Shown: positions 1 to 13,132 of the stretch, piece after piece
How the letters are laid out: each line of letters opens with the position of its first letter
Numbering within the stretch: position 1 is the stretch's first letter
Assembly: GCF_000143415.4 (NCBI RefSeq)
Contig: NW_003314267.1
Location: 2,269,730 to 2,333,729, forward strand
Reading direction: 5' to 3'
Length of the DNA stretch: 64,000 nucleotides
From: Selaginella moellendorffii
Lineage: Eukaryota; Plantae; Lycopodiophyta
Made by a program: the position numbers and the translations under genes
Notes under the pieces: generated by a model
Told to the model about the DNA's origin: nothing
The model's input: only the letters and a program-made list of their open reading frames with translations
Database searches by the model: none

Positions 1-679
<679 letters not shown>

Positions 680-798
680 AAGCAAAGTTTTGTGTCCACT
701 AACGTTATATTTCCCAAAGGTCTTTACTTAAAGGTGAAAGCCTAATGTATAAAGATCCTATTTAGGGCATATTCCAAGGTTTTAGGGTTCTTAGATTC

Positions 799-2673
799 AT
801 GAGCATTCTCACTCCGCCTTCTTCCCCCGCGCTCTCCTCCGCCTCGGACGATTTTGCTCTCCTCCTCGATTCCGAGCTCGCCGCTGAATCTGCCGACGAA
901 GGATCCGAGCCCGCGGCCAACAGGGAGGAAGCGGAAGATCTCGATGACGAGAATGAGGAGAGGTAACGATCATTCTCATCTCAATGTCGGTGCGATGGAT
1001 ATTTCTTGGCAGGAGGAAGAGATTACGGCTGGATTCCGCGAGCAATTGTGAGTGGAATCTTTGTTTCTTTGTTAGAATGCGGGCGCTTAGCAAAATTTCT
1101 GCGTGTGCTGTGTGTTTCAGCGAGCTGTCCTCCACATCCCGGATTTATGTGGGGCGTTTGTATACGTTGCGGTGTGCTCAAGCCAAATTCAGAGCCTGGA
1201 GGAAGCGCCAGCAACGTTGCCTTGAAATACATCCATGAGGTAAGAGATTTCGTTGCCAGATCGTTTTTTGGTTCATCCTTCTGGTTTTAGGAGTTTGAGC
1301 TTGCTGGAGATGTTCTAGCTCGTGTTCGTGAAGACGAGCTTCGGCAAGTGTTGGGCAAACGGAAGCTCTTCCTGGTTTTGGATTTGGATCATACTCTACT
1401 GAACTCTGCGCGCTGGATGGAAGTTTTTCCAGATGAGACGGCTTACCTTGAGCACACCTACATGAATGTTCCGGAAGACAAAATACCAGCATTATCCAAT
1501 GGTGCTCCAGGTATCTTACTCCATCTTTCTTTTTTTCTTGTTTCCAGCTTTTGTTCTTTGTATTTCAGCTGTTGCCGGTGTTATTCAACCTGGAGGGGGA
1601 GGACTGCACCGGATTCACGGCATGCAATTGTGGACAAAGCTGCGGCCTTTCGCTCATAAGTTTCTAGAAGAAGCAAGCAAACTGTTTGAGATGTATGTGT
1701 ACACAATGGGCGAGAGGATGTACGCTGTGACAATGGCTCATCTCCTTGATCCCACCGGAAAGTTTTTCAAAGGTAGAGTCATCTCGCAACGCGACAGCAC
1801 TTGTAGACAGACGAAGGACCTGGACATCGTTCTTGGAGCCGACTCGGCAGTGCTCATCCTTGACGATACAGAAGCGGTACTTATTTCTTAAGTTTCTATC
1901 TTTCGTTTTATTGGGAATGTCTGCTTCCAGGTCTGGCCGAAACATCGAGCCAATCTCATTGTCATGGAGCGATACCATTTCTTCCAGTCAAGCTGCCGGC
2001 AATTTGGTTTGGAAAACCCGTCTCTTACGAAGGCCGAGAGGGACGAAAGCAAAGACGAAGGCGCGCTAGCAAACGTGCTCAAAGTCTTGCAAAGGATCCA
2101 CAGCGACTTTTTCATGGTTTGTTTTAGCTTTTTCGAAAGAGTTTTTTTTTCTGGAAAGCTGCCACTTGCATCACTTTCCTTTCTCTACTGTCGCAGGAAA
2201 GCGATGATTCTCGTTACACTTGCGACGTCCGCGATGTAAGTCATTATCTCTTCGTTCTCTTCGCTGATTCCAACGCTATCCAGATCACCAGCGTCGTCCG
2301 GTCGGAAATACTCTCGGGGTGCAAGCTCGTGTTTAGCCGGATCTTCCCGACCGACTGCCTGGAACCCGAGCTCACTCCACTGTGGAGACTGTGCGTGGAT
2401 CTGGGGGCCGAGTGTGTTCTAGCGCACGACGACTCGGTCACTCACGTAGTAGCGCTGGATCGATTCACGGACAAGGCCAAGTGGGCGAAAGAGCACCGAA
2501 AGTTTTTGGTCCATCCGGCGTGGGTGGAAGCAGCGCACTCGCTGTGGAGAAGACCAAACGAGTTGGAATTCCCAGTGCGCGAAGGCCAAACGCGAGCTCC
2601 AGTGTTTACATTTGCAAAGACTGTAAATGTAGAAGTCGAAAGGAATCGGGAAGAGAAAGACCAAACAAACTAG
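799..2673 (+). CDS. CPL4: RNA polymerase II CTD phosphatase-like 4 (FCP1-type phosphatase + BRCT), multi-exon
   Basis: ATG 799 MSILTPPSSP...DDFALLLDSEL; CPPHPGF..GVCIRCG; LVLDLDHTLLNS catalytic motif; KLRPF; C-terminal BRCT (VTHVVA...VHPAWVEAA). Confidence 0.9.
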
Positions 2674-2793
2674 AACGATGAAATAGCTTGTGAGTGATAT
2701 AGAATATTCGAAGTATGACTGGAATATTCTTTTATTTTTTGTGTGTCTTTGTGTTAGATCTAGGGTTCATCAATCTGCGGTGCTGGGGGAGCT

Positions 2794-5765
2794 ATGCCCA
2801 TTCTCGCCACGTTCGAGGATCAGGAGCGCGAGAGCGAGTATGGATACATCCGCAAGGCAAGCGCGATCGCTCCATGGCTTTTCTTTGGATTTCCAGCTGC
2901 ATTTGGATTGAGTGATTGGAGGATTGGATGGATTGATTTGATCGCAATGCGATTTTGTTCCAGGTCTCCGGGCCTGTGGTCATTGCCGAGAATATGGCAG
3001 GCGCGGCGATGTATGAGCTGGTTCGCGTCGGGAATGACAAGCTCATGGGTGAGATTATTCGATTAGAAGGGGACTCGGCAACGATTCAGGGTATTGCTTT
3101 CTCGTTTCTTTTTTGTGATTGGAAGCTTTTCCTTAGCTGCAATTCTCGCGATTTTCTTGTAGTGTACGAGGAAACCGCTGGCTTGACCGTGAATGATCCA
3201 GTTCTTCGAACACACAACGTTTGTTTTCCTTTCTTTCTTTTTGATTTGTTTGTGAGTTTTTTTGACTTAAGCATTGAAACAGCCACTGTCAGTAGAGCTT
3301 GGACCTGGAATTTTGAGCAACATCTTCGATGGTATTCAGGTATCACGGCTATGCATGAAAACTTTGGTTTTGAGGTCTATTTTGTTTGATTTGCAGCGTC
3401 CTCTTAAATCCATTGCCATTAAGTCGGGCGATGTCTACATCCCGCGAGGAGTTGCTGTGCCAGCACTTGACAAGGATAAGCTGTGGGAATTCTCTCCAAA
3501 AAAGATTGGTACGCTAATTTGTTCACTCGTAGTTGCTAACGAGCCTTTTTTTTTTTGTTTTTTTTGTTTTTTGTATTTGCAGGTGTTGGATCCGCCATCA
3601 CTGGTGGAGACTTGTATGCAGTAAGTATGTGATAAGGATGAACAGCACAACAGGTTTCACCTATTTTTCTTTTGCAGATTGTCCATGAGAACTCGCTTAT
3701 GGAACATCATATTGCTCTCCCTGCGGATGCTATGGGGAAAATAACTTATATTGCACCGCATGGTCAGTATAGTCTCCAGGTTAGTGGTAAGTGGTCCGTG
3801 TGGTATCGTTTGGACTCACGTTTTGCTGCAGGACAAGGTTCTGGAGCTTGAATTTCAAGGTACAAAGAAGCAGTTCACTATGCTTCAGGTAATCAATCAA
3901 CTGTATGTTAACAGTTCTGAAGTTATGATGTTTTCTTTATCAGATGTGGCCTGTCCGAACGCCACGACCTGTAGCATCTAAGCTTCCTGCAGACACTCCT
4001 TTGCTTACTGGACAGGTATGTGAAATTTTATTGTCGAGCTAGAGCTGAACTGGCCTTTCCTTACAGCGCATTTTGGATGCTCTGTTTCCTTCCGTGCTAG
4101 GGGGAACCTGTGCTATTCCGGGAGCATTTGGCTGTGGAAAGACCGTTATTAGTCAGGCGCTTTCGAAGGTATTTGGAGTTCATTTGTAATGCGTGACTGA
4201 CTTTGTCATGAAACAGTTTTCGAACTCTGACGCTGTCATTTACGTGGGATGTGGCGAACGAGGAAACGAAATGGCTGAGGTCGGTTCTAGAATTTCCCAT
4301 TTTTCTTATCTTTGTTTCTACAAATCACCTCTTGCAGGTGTTGAAAGACTTTCCACAGCTTACTATAACACTTCCTGATGGACGCGAAGAGTCTGTCATG
4401 AAGCGTACAACTCTCGTCGCTAATACTTCAAATATGCCTGTGGCGGCACGAGAAGCTTCAATTTACACGGGTATGTCCTTCCAATTCAGGCTCAGCGCTG
4501 ATTTTATCGATGGTTTCAGGCATTACTCTGGCTGAGTATTTCCGTGACATGGGCTATAATGTCAGTATGATGGCTGACTCGACGTCGAGATGGGCCGAAG
4601 CCTTGCGTGAAATATCCGGTCGACTCGTAAGTCTCTGATTTTCTTTCTATTCCTAATTTACAAACGCCGCGCAGGCCGAAATGCCTGCCGACAGTGGTTA
4701 TCCAGCGTATTTGGGTGCACGTTTGGCTACGTTTTACGAGCGGGCTGGAAAGGTTAAATGCCTTGGTAGTCCCGACAGAACTGGAAGTGTTTCTATTGTC
4801 GGTGCCGTGTCTCCTCCTGGTGGCGATTTCTCAGACCCTGTTACGGCAGCGACTCTTAATATTGTCCAGGCAAGCGTCTTTGTGCCAGTTGTTTTTCAGT
4901 GTTGACTGGGACACTGTTGTTTGTTGCAGGTGTTTTGGGGACTTGACAAGAAGCTTGCGCAAAGAAAGCATTTCCCTGCTGTCAACTGGCTGATATCTTA
5001 TTCGAAGTATACCCAGGTGAGAGACATTTATATCTTGTCTCGTGGAAAACCATTGATTGTTTCTTTTGATGCAGGCATTGGAGGGATTCTATGAGCATTA
5101 TGATCCGAACTTTATTTCAATCCGAACAAAAGCACGTGAAGTGCTACAAAGAGAAGACGATCTAAACGAGATTGTTCAGGTACGTGAACTGGTGAGAGAT
5201 TCAAAGTCAGTACTTTCTTTTCACAGCTTGTCGGCAAAGATGCGCTGGCCGAGGGAGATAAGATTATTCTTGAGACGGCCAAGCTCTTGAGAGAGGATTA
5301 TTTGGCGCAAAACGCTTTCAGTGTGTACGTGTTCCGGGCTTGCTCTTGTTTATCGCTAACAATCTGCTCCAGATACGATAAGTTTTGTCCGTTCTACAAG
5401 TCCGTTTGGATGATGCGAAACATCGTTCATTTCTGCGACCTGTCCACTCAGGTATGCACTGCCATACCTCTTTCACGTCCTTGAAAATTTACTTTCTCTT
5501 GCAGGCTGTTGAGAAAGCTGCCGGATCCAAGGGTCAGAAAATAACTTTCAACATCATCAGGCAGCGCCTCGGAGACATCATATACCGTTTAGTGTAAGGA
5601 CTCTCGATTTTTTCTTGAAGCCACCATTGCACTTCCTTTTCCAGCTCCCAAAAATTCGAAGATCCGGCCGAGGGCGAGTCTGCGCTGTGCTCCACGTACC
5701 AGAAACTCTACGACGATTTGACAACCGCGTTCCACAACTTGGAAGACGAGTACCGCGCGGCATAA
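2794..5765 (+). CDS. VHA-A: V-type proton ATPase catalytic subunit A, many short introns
   Basis: [24 protein letters not shown] Walker [38 protein letters not shown]; stop TAA 5763-5765. Confidence 0.97.
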
Positions 5766-6030
5766 GATAGAACTGGTTTTCTCCACCCGTAAATAACGTC
5801 TCGTCGCGCTTGGTAAAAAACCATTCTTTTCTTTGCGTCCAAGCTCTCCATAGGTGGTTCTCTGCGCAATATTTATATACTACTCCTGGTATTTTTTTTG
5901 CTTTGAGCTAAGTTTGTTCCAGTGGCAGTGGCAGCAGCAAACTCTCACGATCTAGCTACTGTCACTCCAGGCTTTATCAGTTGCTTGGAATCTATACTCT
6001 CTTGGGACTCAAGTAAGCGATGCGCCAACC

Positions 6031-6270
6031 ATGACAGCATTCATGAATGGGGCCATCCATCCCCATCCATGCATGTGTCATAGCCATGGCATATGCGCCA
6101 TACGTTCAAGGTATATACCTATCGGAGCCAGCGCATGGCCATGGGTCCCATGCCCTCATGATAATGACCATGGCCATAAACGCGACACATGCCACAAAAC
6201 CAACGGTGTCGGTGGCGTGGCATATTCGCGTGGCATCTTTTTAGTGTACGGAATTCGCTGCCAGAGTGAG
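6031..6270. other. Cluster of consecutive imperfect inverted repeats (hairpins) in an intergenic region
   Basis: Stems at 6031-6081, 6135-6177 and 6181-6230 read directly from the sequence, plus a weak one at ~6252-6270. Confidence 0.6.
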
Positions 6271-6789
6271 TACGGATGGCCGAGGATCCAGCGTCTCTGT
6301 CCAAAGCACACGAGGAACATTAAGAAATTTTCACCTATGTGGCGAGGCTAGTGTTGTAAATGTAATTTACGCTATCACGCGGGCTTTACCATGGTCAAAG
6401 CAAATAAGAAAAAGAAGATAGCCCTTTACACGGGATATATTATTTTAATCTCGCGGTAACTACTGTTCTTGTGTGTGTGGTGGCTCTGTTCTTTCTTCCA
6501 GGCGCTAGGTCTAGCGCTTTGGAGGAGGAGTGTGATTCTCGCAAGACGATGCTGCCGCCGCCGGGATCTGCTGTGGATTGCTCCCGCGTCATGTCCACCT
6601 CCCGAAATCTGGGGCTTCGGCGCCGCTGCGCGACGCGCTCCTGATCTCGTGGAGCCGGGAATCCATCCGATCCGGCTGGGGCGCGCCGGGCATTCCGATC
6701 TGATGCGTGCCGCCAGGCGCTAGATAGATTCTCCTCATCGCGTCAAGAAGGGGGAGCGAAATTTCAGGATTGCGCGTGGATTAGCGGCA

Positions 6790-8578
6790 ATGTCGGACAG
6801 TAGCAGCGGCTCGGCGTCATGTAGCAGTGATTCTATCTCCGGCGGCAGCACGGATTCCATATGCCTCGACTTGGGCATGGTTCCATGGGGAGGACAGGTA
6901 ATATAACGGTTTCTTCGTAGAATGTAGGCTATGGCTTTCACGAATTGCTAGAATTTGAGGGAGCTAGCTCCTTGTTTTTCCCCTTGTGTGCTTTCTGGAC
7001 GATCCTTACAAATTTTCTTCTCTTTGTTTTTCTTTGGGCAGAGTCATCTAGTATCAACCTCTTACGGCCCAATTTCTGTGATAGTTTGTGGCGACCAGGA
7101 CAAACCTGGGCTTCTTACGTACCCAGACTTGGCTCTCGATAGTAAGTGTTTCTTTCTTTGTTCCTCTTTCACTAAAGCTGCTATATCCATCCTTTTTTTT
7201 TTCCTTTCTTTTGAGCAGCTGCTTCTTGTTTCGATGGATTTTTCTCATGCCCGGAAACGTCGTCTCTGGTGTTTCACAACTTTTGCATTTATCATATTGA
7301 GGCTCCGGGTCACGAGGTTCGTACTTTCGTGAAAGAAGGTGTGAGAGAAGTTAGAAATTTCTTTTAATTCTTCTTCTTTCGGTTGCAGGTCGGTGCTCCT
7401 GCGGTGCCATCCAACGCACGCCTTCTTTCGGTGGATGACTTGGCAGATCAAGTTGCCGAAGTCTGCGACTATTTTGCGTATGTACAGTTCTTCCTTGTGG
7501 ACTTTTATCTTATTCAGCTGTTCGTGTTGTTTATTTCAGGTTGCAAGAGGTGATATGCTTGGGCGTAGCGGCTGGTGCGTATATCCTCTCGTTGTTCGCG
7601 GTGAGCAGCTCTTCCTTGTCATCTGGACTTTGATTAATCTAGTTTTCGTGCACACAGATGAAGTACCGGGAGCGTGTGCTTGGCCTTGTTCTGGTCTCGC
7701 CAATCTGCCGAGCTCCAAGCTGGTCAGAGTGGCTATACGACAAGGTTGGTTGGATTTGAAATGTCATATCAGTATACTGAAAGATTCCTTGTACCAGGCG
7801 GTCATCAATTTGCTATATTTCATGGGAATGTGTTCATTCGTTCGGGACAGTCTTTTAGAAAGATATCTTAGTCCAGTAAGGAGATTGCTAGCTTTCCTGG
7901 TTCCGATTGGTTAGCTCATCACGTCATGATCTTGTGTAGGATACTTTAGCGTCCGGAGAGTCGGGAGCTCTTGCAAGATATCAAAAGGTACAGTGCAAAT
8001 TCTCCCTGTGCTCTAGACAAAGGTTGTCTTGCTCGCGCAGGTTTTAGATGACAGACAAAGCAGGAACGTCATGCATTTCTGGCAATCGCTCCACAGGTAA
8101 AACTGTTCAGCGCAAGATTTTATGTACAGCGCGCTCAAAGCTGTGTTTCACTCGGACAGGAGAAAGGACCTGACGGCGGGGCTGATGAATCTCAAGTGCC
8201 GGACGCTCGTGTTTGTGGGGGAGCACTCACCGTTTTACAACGAGGCGGTCTACGTGAACTCTCAAATGCCATCGACGTCCACGGCGCTAGTGGCGGTAAG
8301 CATTCAAAGTTCCAAACTTCTAAACGTGATTCCACCACCCGCAGGTCCAAGAGGCTGGCACGCTAGTGACGGAAGAACAGCCACTGTCGATGCTAGTCCC
8401 CATGGAGTACTTTCTGAAGAGCTTTGGGTTTGGCAAGCCGCCGTCGACGAGCCAGAACTCGTCTCCGCCGACGAGCCCGCTCAGCTTGCTGCCTTGCATT
8501 TCCCCGGAGCTGCTTTCTCCCGAGAGTCTTGGCCTCAAGCTCAAGCCCATCAAAACCAAAGCTCCAGTCGATGATTAG
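6790..8578 (+). CDS. NDL: N-MYC downregulated-like (NDL/Ndr family alpha/beta-hydrolase fold) protein
   Basis: [75 protein letters not shown]; GT-AG introns. Confidence 0.92.
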
Positions 8579-8693
8579 ATTCGTGGCTCCTCGCCATCGC
8601 CATTTATCCCGGTGTTCATCACTCCGGCCATTTCTTCCTCATTCCTCTTTTCTTTTCTTGTACAAGATTGTCTGTGCTCCCCTCCCATTCTTT

Positions 8694-8700
<7 letters not shown>

Positions 8701-8732
<32 letters not shown>
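8701..8732. repeat. (CT)n microsatellite in the NDL 3' region
   Basis: About 16 CT units. Confidence 0.95.
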
Positions 8733-8737
<5 letters not shown>

Positions 8738-9029
8738 CCTTGACGAGAGTTGTTTGTTATTACGCGGCGGCTTATTATTGTTCAGGAATAATTGTGGCAC
8801 AATTTTTTTGAGGAAGGATTCTTATGATTCCTGTAAAAAATAAAAAACAAAGCTTCAAAGTTGTACTGTGCGTACAACAGTAAACACGTTTTTACTTCTC
8901 TCAAAGTCTCCATGGATCTTTTACAAAACAGATGTGTGTAGTTCTTTCAAGGAAAAAAAACACAAGATCTTTGGCACAAATTTGTGTACCTACTGTAGAT
9001 TTGGCGTTATTTACTTCTTCCTTTCGATG

Positions 9030-11741
9030 CTATGGAGCAATAAGTTTGCGCCGCCACCTTTAGGTTCTTGCTCTAGCGCATTCGCGAGTGTGTGAGTGAA
9101 TTTCACCTCAGGGGTCGAACCAGCTCGGGTTGTAACACCAACAGCTCGGACAAAGAGTGGTGCTGTTGCTTTCCATCCGTGTCATCGCCACTGCAAAACA
9201 AACATGGTGCTCGCTGAGTGAGTGACTACGCTCGAAGATCAAAGAGCTCGATAACTTACCAGGTTCTAGTGTCGAGGTTGAGGAGCCTGTGATTGATCCT
9301 CAAGTCGTCCGTAACGTAGCTGGCAACGAGAGCTCCAGCGTCGGGGTGAGGCCAGCTGCGAGAGCTCGCGAAACGGAGTATAAAGCTGCCCGTCTTTGGG
9401 ATTCCGTCCACGCCGCGCAAGAGCTCCTCGGCCTCCTTGCGAGACACCATTCCTTCTATCCACTTGGGAGTGACGCTCTCCCACGTCTTGCGGACCTGTG
9501 GAGTCGCCACCGTCATCGCCACGGGATAAAGCCATTGCCACAACCTGTCGAACTGCTCACGCGTTGTCGTCGCGTTTCCAGTCCCGCAGTTCTGCTGGAT
9601 GAATTCGATGTCCTGAAAAAAAGGCCTTGTTTGTGATATAATCTTTTGAGATACAATCGTTACCTTAGAGGTGAAACGTCTTTTACTCTGGCCAGAGATG
9701 TTGTAGAAGCTCTCTTCCAGCTTGCTCATCAAACTTGGCCATGGAGCTGAGTAGCCATCGTGAGAAACCTGCCTCCAAATGTCTTCTCCTTCTCGTAGCA
9801 GCTTCTTTGCGATCAAAACTTGATACCTGAGAAGTTTATGAAACATTAGCAACCAGGAAGGAGATAAACGAGAATAGAAAACGAATCGCCATCATACCCG
9901 TTATGTTGGCACCCGGTATATTGAGAGACTCGGCCGGCGAATTCATGAAGCTCTTCTTCGGTTTTGCTCACAACGAGTGCTCTCAGAAATGCTGCTCGGC
10001 TGTGAATTGTTTCTAAGCAGTACTTGAATACCATGTAGTCCGAGAATGCCTTCTCCCCACAGCTGCTGTTCATGAAAGCCGGAAAGCTCTTGCGGCTTTC
10101 TGGACGTTGCTTCTTGTCCATTGCCTTGTATACACTAGCCGGAGCAGGCCGCGAGCACGTTGCAGGAGCTGGCGGAGGAGCCATTCTTTGGGATCCAACA
10201 AGACCGTCGGCACCTTTGGATATCACTGAGCCTTCTGGCGTTTTGTCTGCCGGCATCGGAAACCGTGAAGGTAACTTATCATCTCCAATGCGTGGCGCCT
10301 TGCTTGGTGCGAACTTCGGAGCGGCCATGCCGTTGGATTCATTCGCTCGTAATGTTTCAGGTCGATCCTCTGCCGCTGAAGGTAAGTTGGTGCCATCGAC
10401 CGGGTAAACGGCTGCGAAGGAACGCTTCCAGGGTGCTGAAGGCGTTCGACTATTTCTGTTTCGCGAAACGCAGCGGATCGGCCGCGAGAAAACTCTGAGA
10501 AATGGAAACTTTGGAATGTTTGGCGACTCGAAGCATACACGAAACAGTCGGTTGTCACATTTCGAGGAGAGCTGCATGCAAAAGACACAAGCTGAAAACT
10601 TTCAAAAATATCCAACCCTTGCAGCATACCTGCGAAATCTTTAGCTTAAAAGAAGCTCTACCGTGGACTAGTTTGATAGGCCTCTCAGTAGATGGGAATT
10701 CTACTCCATCGAATGTAGTTAAAAGCGGCGCTTCTGCGTCATCTTTTGGCTTTTCAACCAGATAGCCCGTATCCGCATAGACAAGGGACGCGACAAGCTG
10801 CAGAAAGTGAAAGAAGTAAGTGCCAATCTGATACTAGAAGAGCAAAGTCACCTCTATATCTTTGTGAATAGCTCGTCCCAAGGCATCCAACAAAACCACA
10901 TCAAGAGCAAAATTTCTGCGACATGATGCCTTGCCTCCAACGACGCTCCATACGCCATCTCCTCCTTCTTCAAGTTCATGGTCCTCGGATCCTCCAGTCG
11001 AGCCATCAAGCGACAGCTCCAGAGGTGGATTCTGTGACAAAAGTCGTCGTAAAGGAAAAACTAAAGCAAAATCAAAGGCAGTACCTTTACGTAGTGATTG
11101 GTCACGGATGGTTGCGGAAGGACACAAACATGATGTGCATATGCTTGCACAAAACCGCCACGATTTTGTCCGTCTCCACCACTAAGTTTAACAGGTTCTA
11201 CGGTCTCGTCACATGATGGAAAGCTTATTGCCTTCTCTCCAGTTACGACGCCATCAATGTGTAGACGTGCAATGTTGTGTCCAATCTACAAATCAAAACA
11301 TGACTTTTAGAAATCCTCCCATCTCATAAAAACTTCATCAGCAGCTACCTCACACCCAACGTGCACCCATTTCTCAACTGGACAACTTTGATCAGCAAGT
11401 ACATCGAGCTCGCTTGATTCGGTTTGAACCAAGGGATGAAGAACCAGCCGTAAATCGTTGTCGAGTGATAGAAATGGAAGCGATTGGATACTCGAAGTAG
11501 ACTGTATGCATAGAAACATAGCACAAACACTCTTTAGCTCATGAGAGGAAAACAAGAGGCTCACCTGTCGGATGATAACCCCGGGGTGTCTGTTGTTCTT
11601 CAAGAGATACATCCACAAACATAGCGTGTAAGTGCCATCCTCGCTGGTGTTCTCTCGAGTTAAAGTCACTTGCAAATCGTCTAGAGGTAAGTACTCATCG
11701 TTGTCAAACACGGCGAACGCTTTGGACAGTTTCACGGCCAT
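9030..11741 (-). CDS. Plant STAT-like SH2-domain protein (SHA/SHB type) with N-terminal LamG/ConA-like region
   Basis: C-terminal WIEGMVSRKEAEELL...GSFILRFASSRSWPHPDAGALVASYV is the plant SH2. Also KASCRRNFALDVVLLD and KISQLSSKCDNRLFR. Last exons are inferred, with stop at ~9030. Confidence 0.85.
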
Positions 11742-12371
11742 GAGAAGGCGCTACTCCCCGTCTCGCACGAACTGGCATTTCACAGAAGAGAGCACGAATC
11801 AATCAGTGGTCACAAAGCTAGACTAGACGCACAGAAGAGATGGCATCCAAAACCCCATTAGACCTCACACCGCATCCATTCCCAGCCGCAATTCGGCGCT
11901 GCCAATCTCCAAATGTAGATTGGAGCCTCCGCCGGCTCGATAGCGCGGCGCGCGCATCCAGCGAGCGTCCAGGCCATCGACCGCAGCGATATTTCGAGCT
12001 ACAACGGGAGAATCGAGCTTACCTAGTCATCCGGCGACGAAAATATCCAGGAAATCCAGATCCGACAGCGGGAATCTGTGCTCCATCCCAGCCGCATCGC
12101 GGATCCTATGCCGCCGCGCTTCAATCCCTAGCGCATCGTAGCGGAAGAACAAATCTTGAGTAAGACTGTGTGTGTGCGTTGCCAGCAGAGTTCATCCTTC
12201 ACAGGAAAAAGAGCTCAACCTTCCTCGCCGCCGTACCTATTCTGGTTTTATGACCGGTCACTGCCGCCATTCAGCCGGTTGTCAGTTTGCTTCATTTCGT
12301 ACGAAATAGGGCTCGTGGCCGGTTAGCCTGTCAAAGCACTTACCGGTCAATCCGTACGCCCACTTAAAATT

Positions 12372-12520
12372 ATCTGTCCACCTCGGTTGCCACGTCGACT
12401 AACACGTCACTACACTTGGAGACGTTAGAGAAGTGAAATTAGGGCAGCTAGAATGCTCATCAAGCGCAAGCTCAGAATAAGAGCATCGCGGTCGATCTAT
12501 TGCCCTGATCGTCGCCGACA
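12372..12520 (+). pseudogene. Degenerate copy of the GEN1 promoter and start of exon 1
   Basis: atctgtccacctcggttgccacgtcgactaacacgtcactacacttggagacgtt...tagggcagctagaa matches 15244-15333, followed by decayed similarity to the gctcatcaagc...ataagcgcctcgcaatcgatct of GEN1 exon 1. Confidence 0.75.
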
Positions 12521-12759
12521 TCGCAATCCTTCTGTAAATCACAACTTCTCACAGAGGAAGAGAGAAAATCCGAATGGAGGTTGGTATCTCTACATTTGAC
12601 ATGAAAGTATCTTTTCTTTGGACAATGTTGGAGAGGATCTAGAGCTAGAGGTGATTAATCCATTTCTCTAACACTCACTCATAGTGAATTGCTACAGGAC
12701 ATCCTGTCGCTGAAGAAAAAGCTTTAGATACGTGCTGCCGATGATAATCTTCCTGTGTC

Positions 12760-13080
12760 TCTCAGGAGTTTCCAATAGCTTAGCTCGAAGTATCCTTCAA
12801 TCCAGAGTGTTAGAACTTATGAATCATAGATACGGCTGTGAAGCAAACGATATTCATCCTGCCGATCTTAATGAAGCCGAAGGTACCAAGTTTCACCTTT
12901 CAAGTTCTCTTCATAAAACCAGCTTTCGTATTTGCAGGACGCAGTGGTCGAGCTGGTCGGCCAGCAAATGCTTTGACACTGTATGCCGGCCGAGGAAGAC
13001 TGCGGTCTATCGCCAACGTCATGAAAGCTTCTGGCTGTGATGGATGCTTTCCTTGCCCAAGGTTCACAAAAGGAACCAGA
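12760..13080 (+). pseudogene. Fragment of a DEAD-box RNA helicase (RH57/ROK1/DDX52-like) C-terminal domain
   Basis: GRSGRAGR (motif VI) followed by ALTLY...LRSIANVMKASGCD; the rest of the helicase is absent. Confidence 0.65.
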
Positions 13081-13132
13081 AGCGTATCAGGCGAGAGCTA
13101 GCGCGTGAATGACTTGCAAGTTTTCCCAGTCT

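Noticed and set aside
1511-1569. GTATCTT donors in CPL4 (and PAO ~30667) as possible U12 introns
   Set aside because: No full GTATCCTT consensus and no clear TCCTTAAC branch site; ordinary U2 introns are more likely
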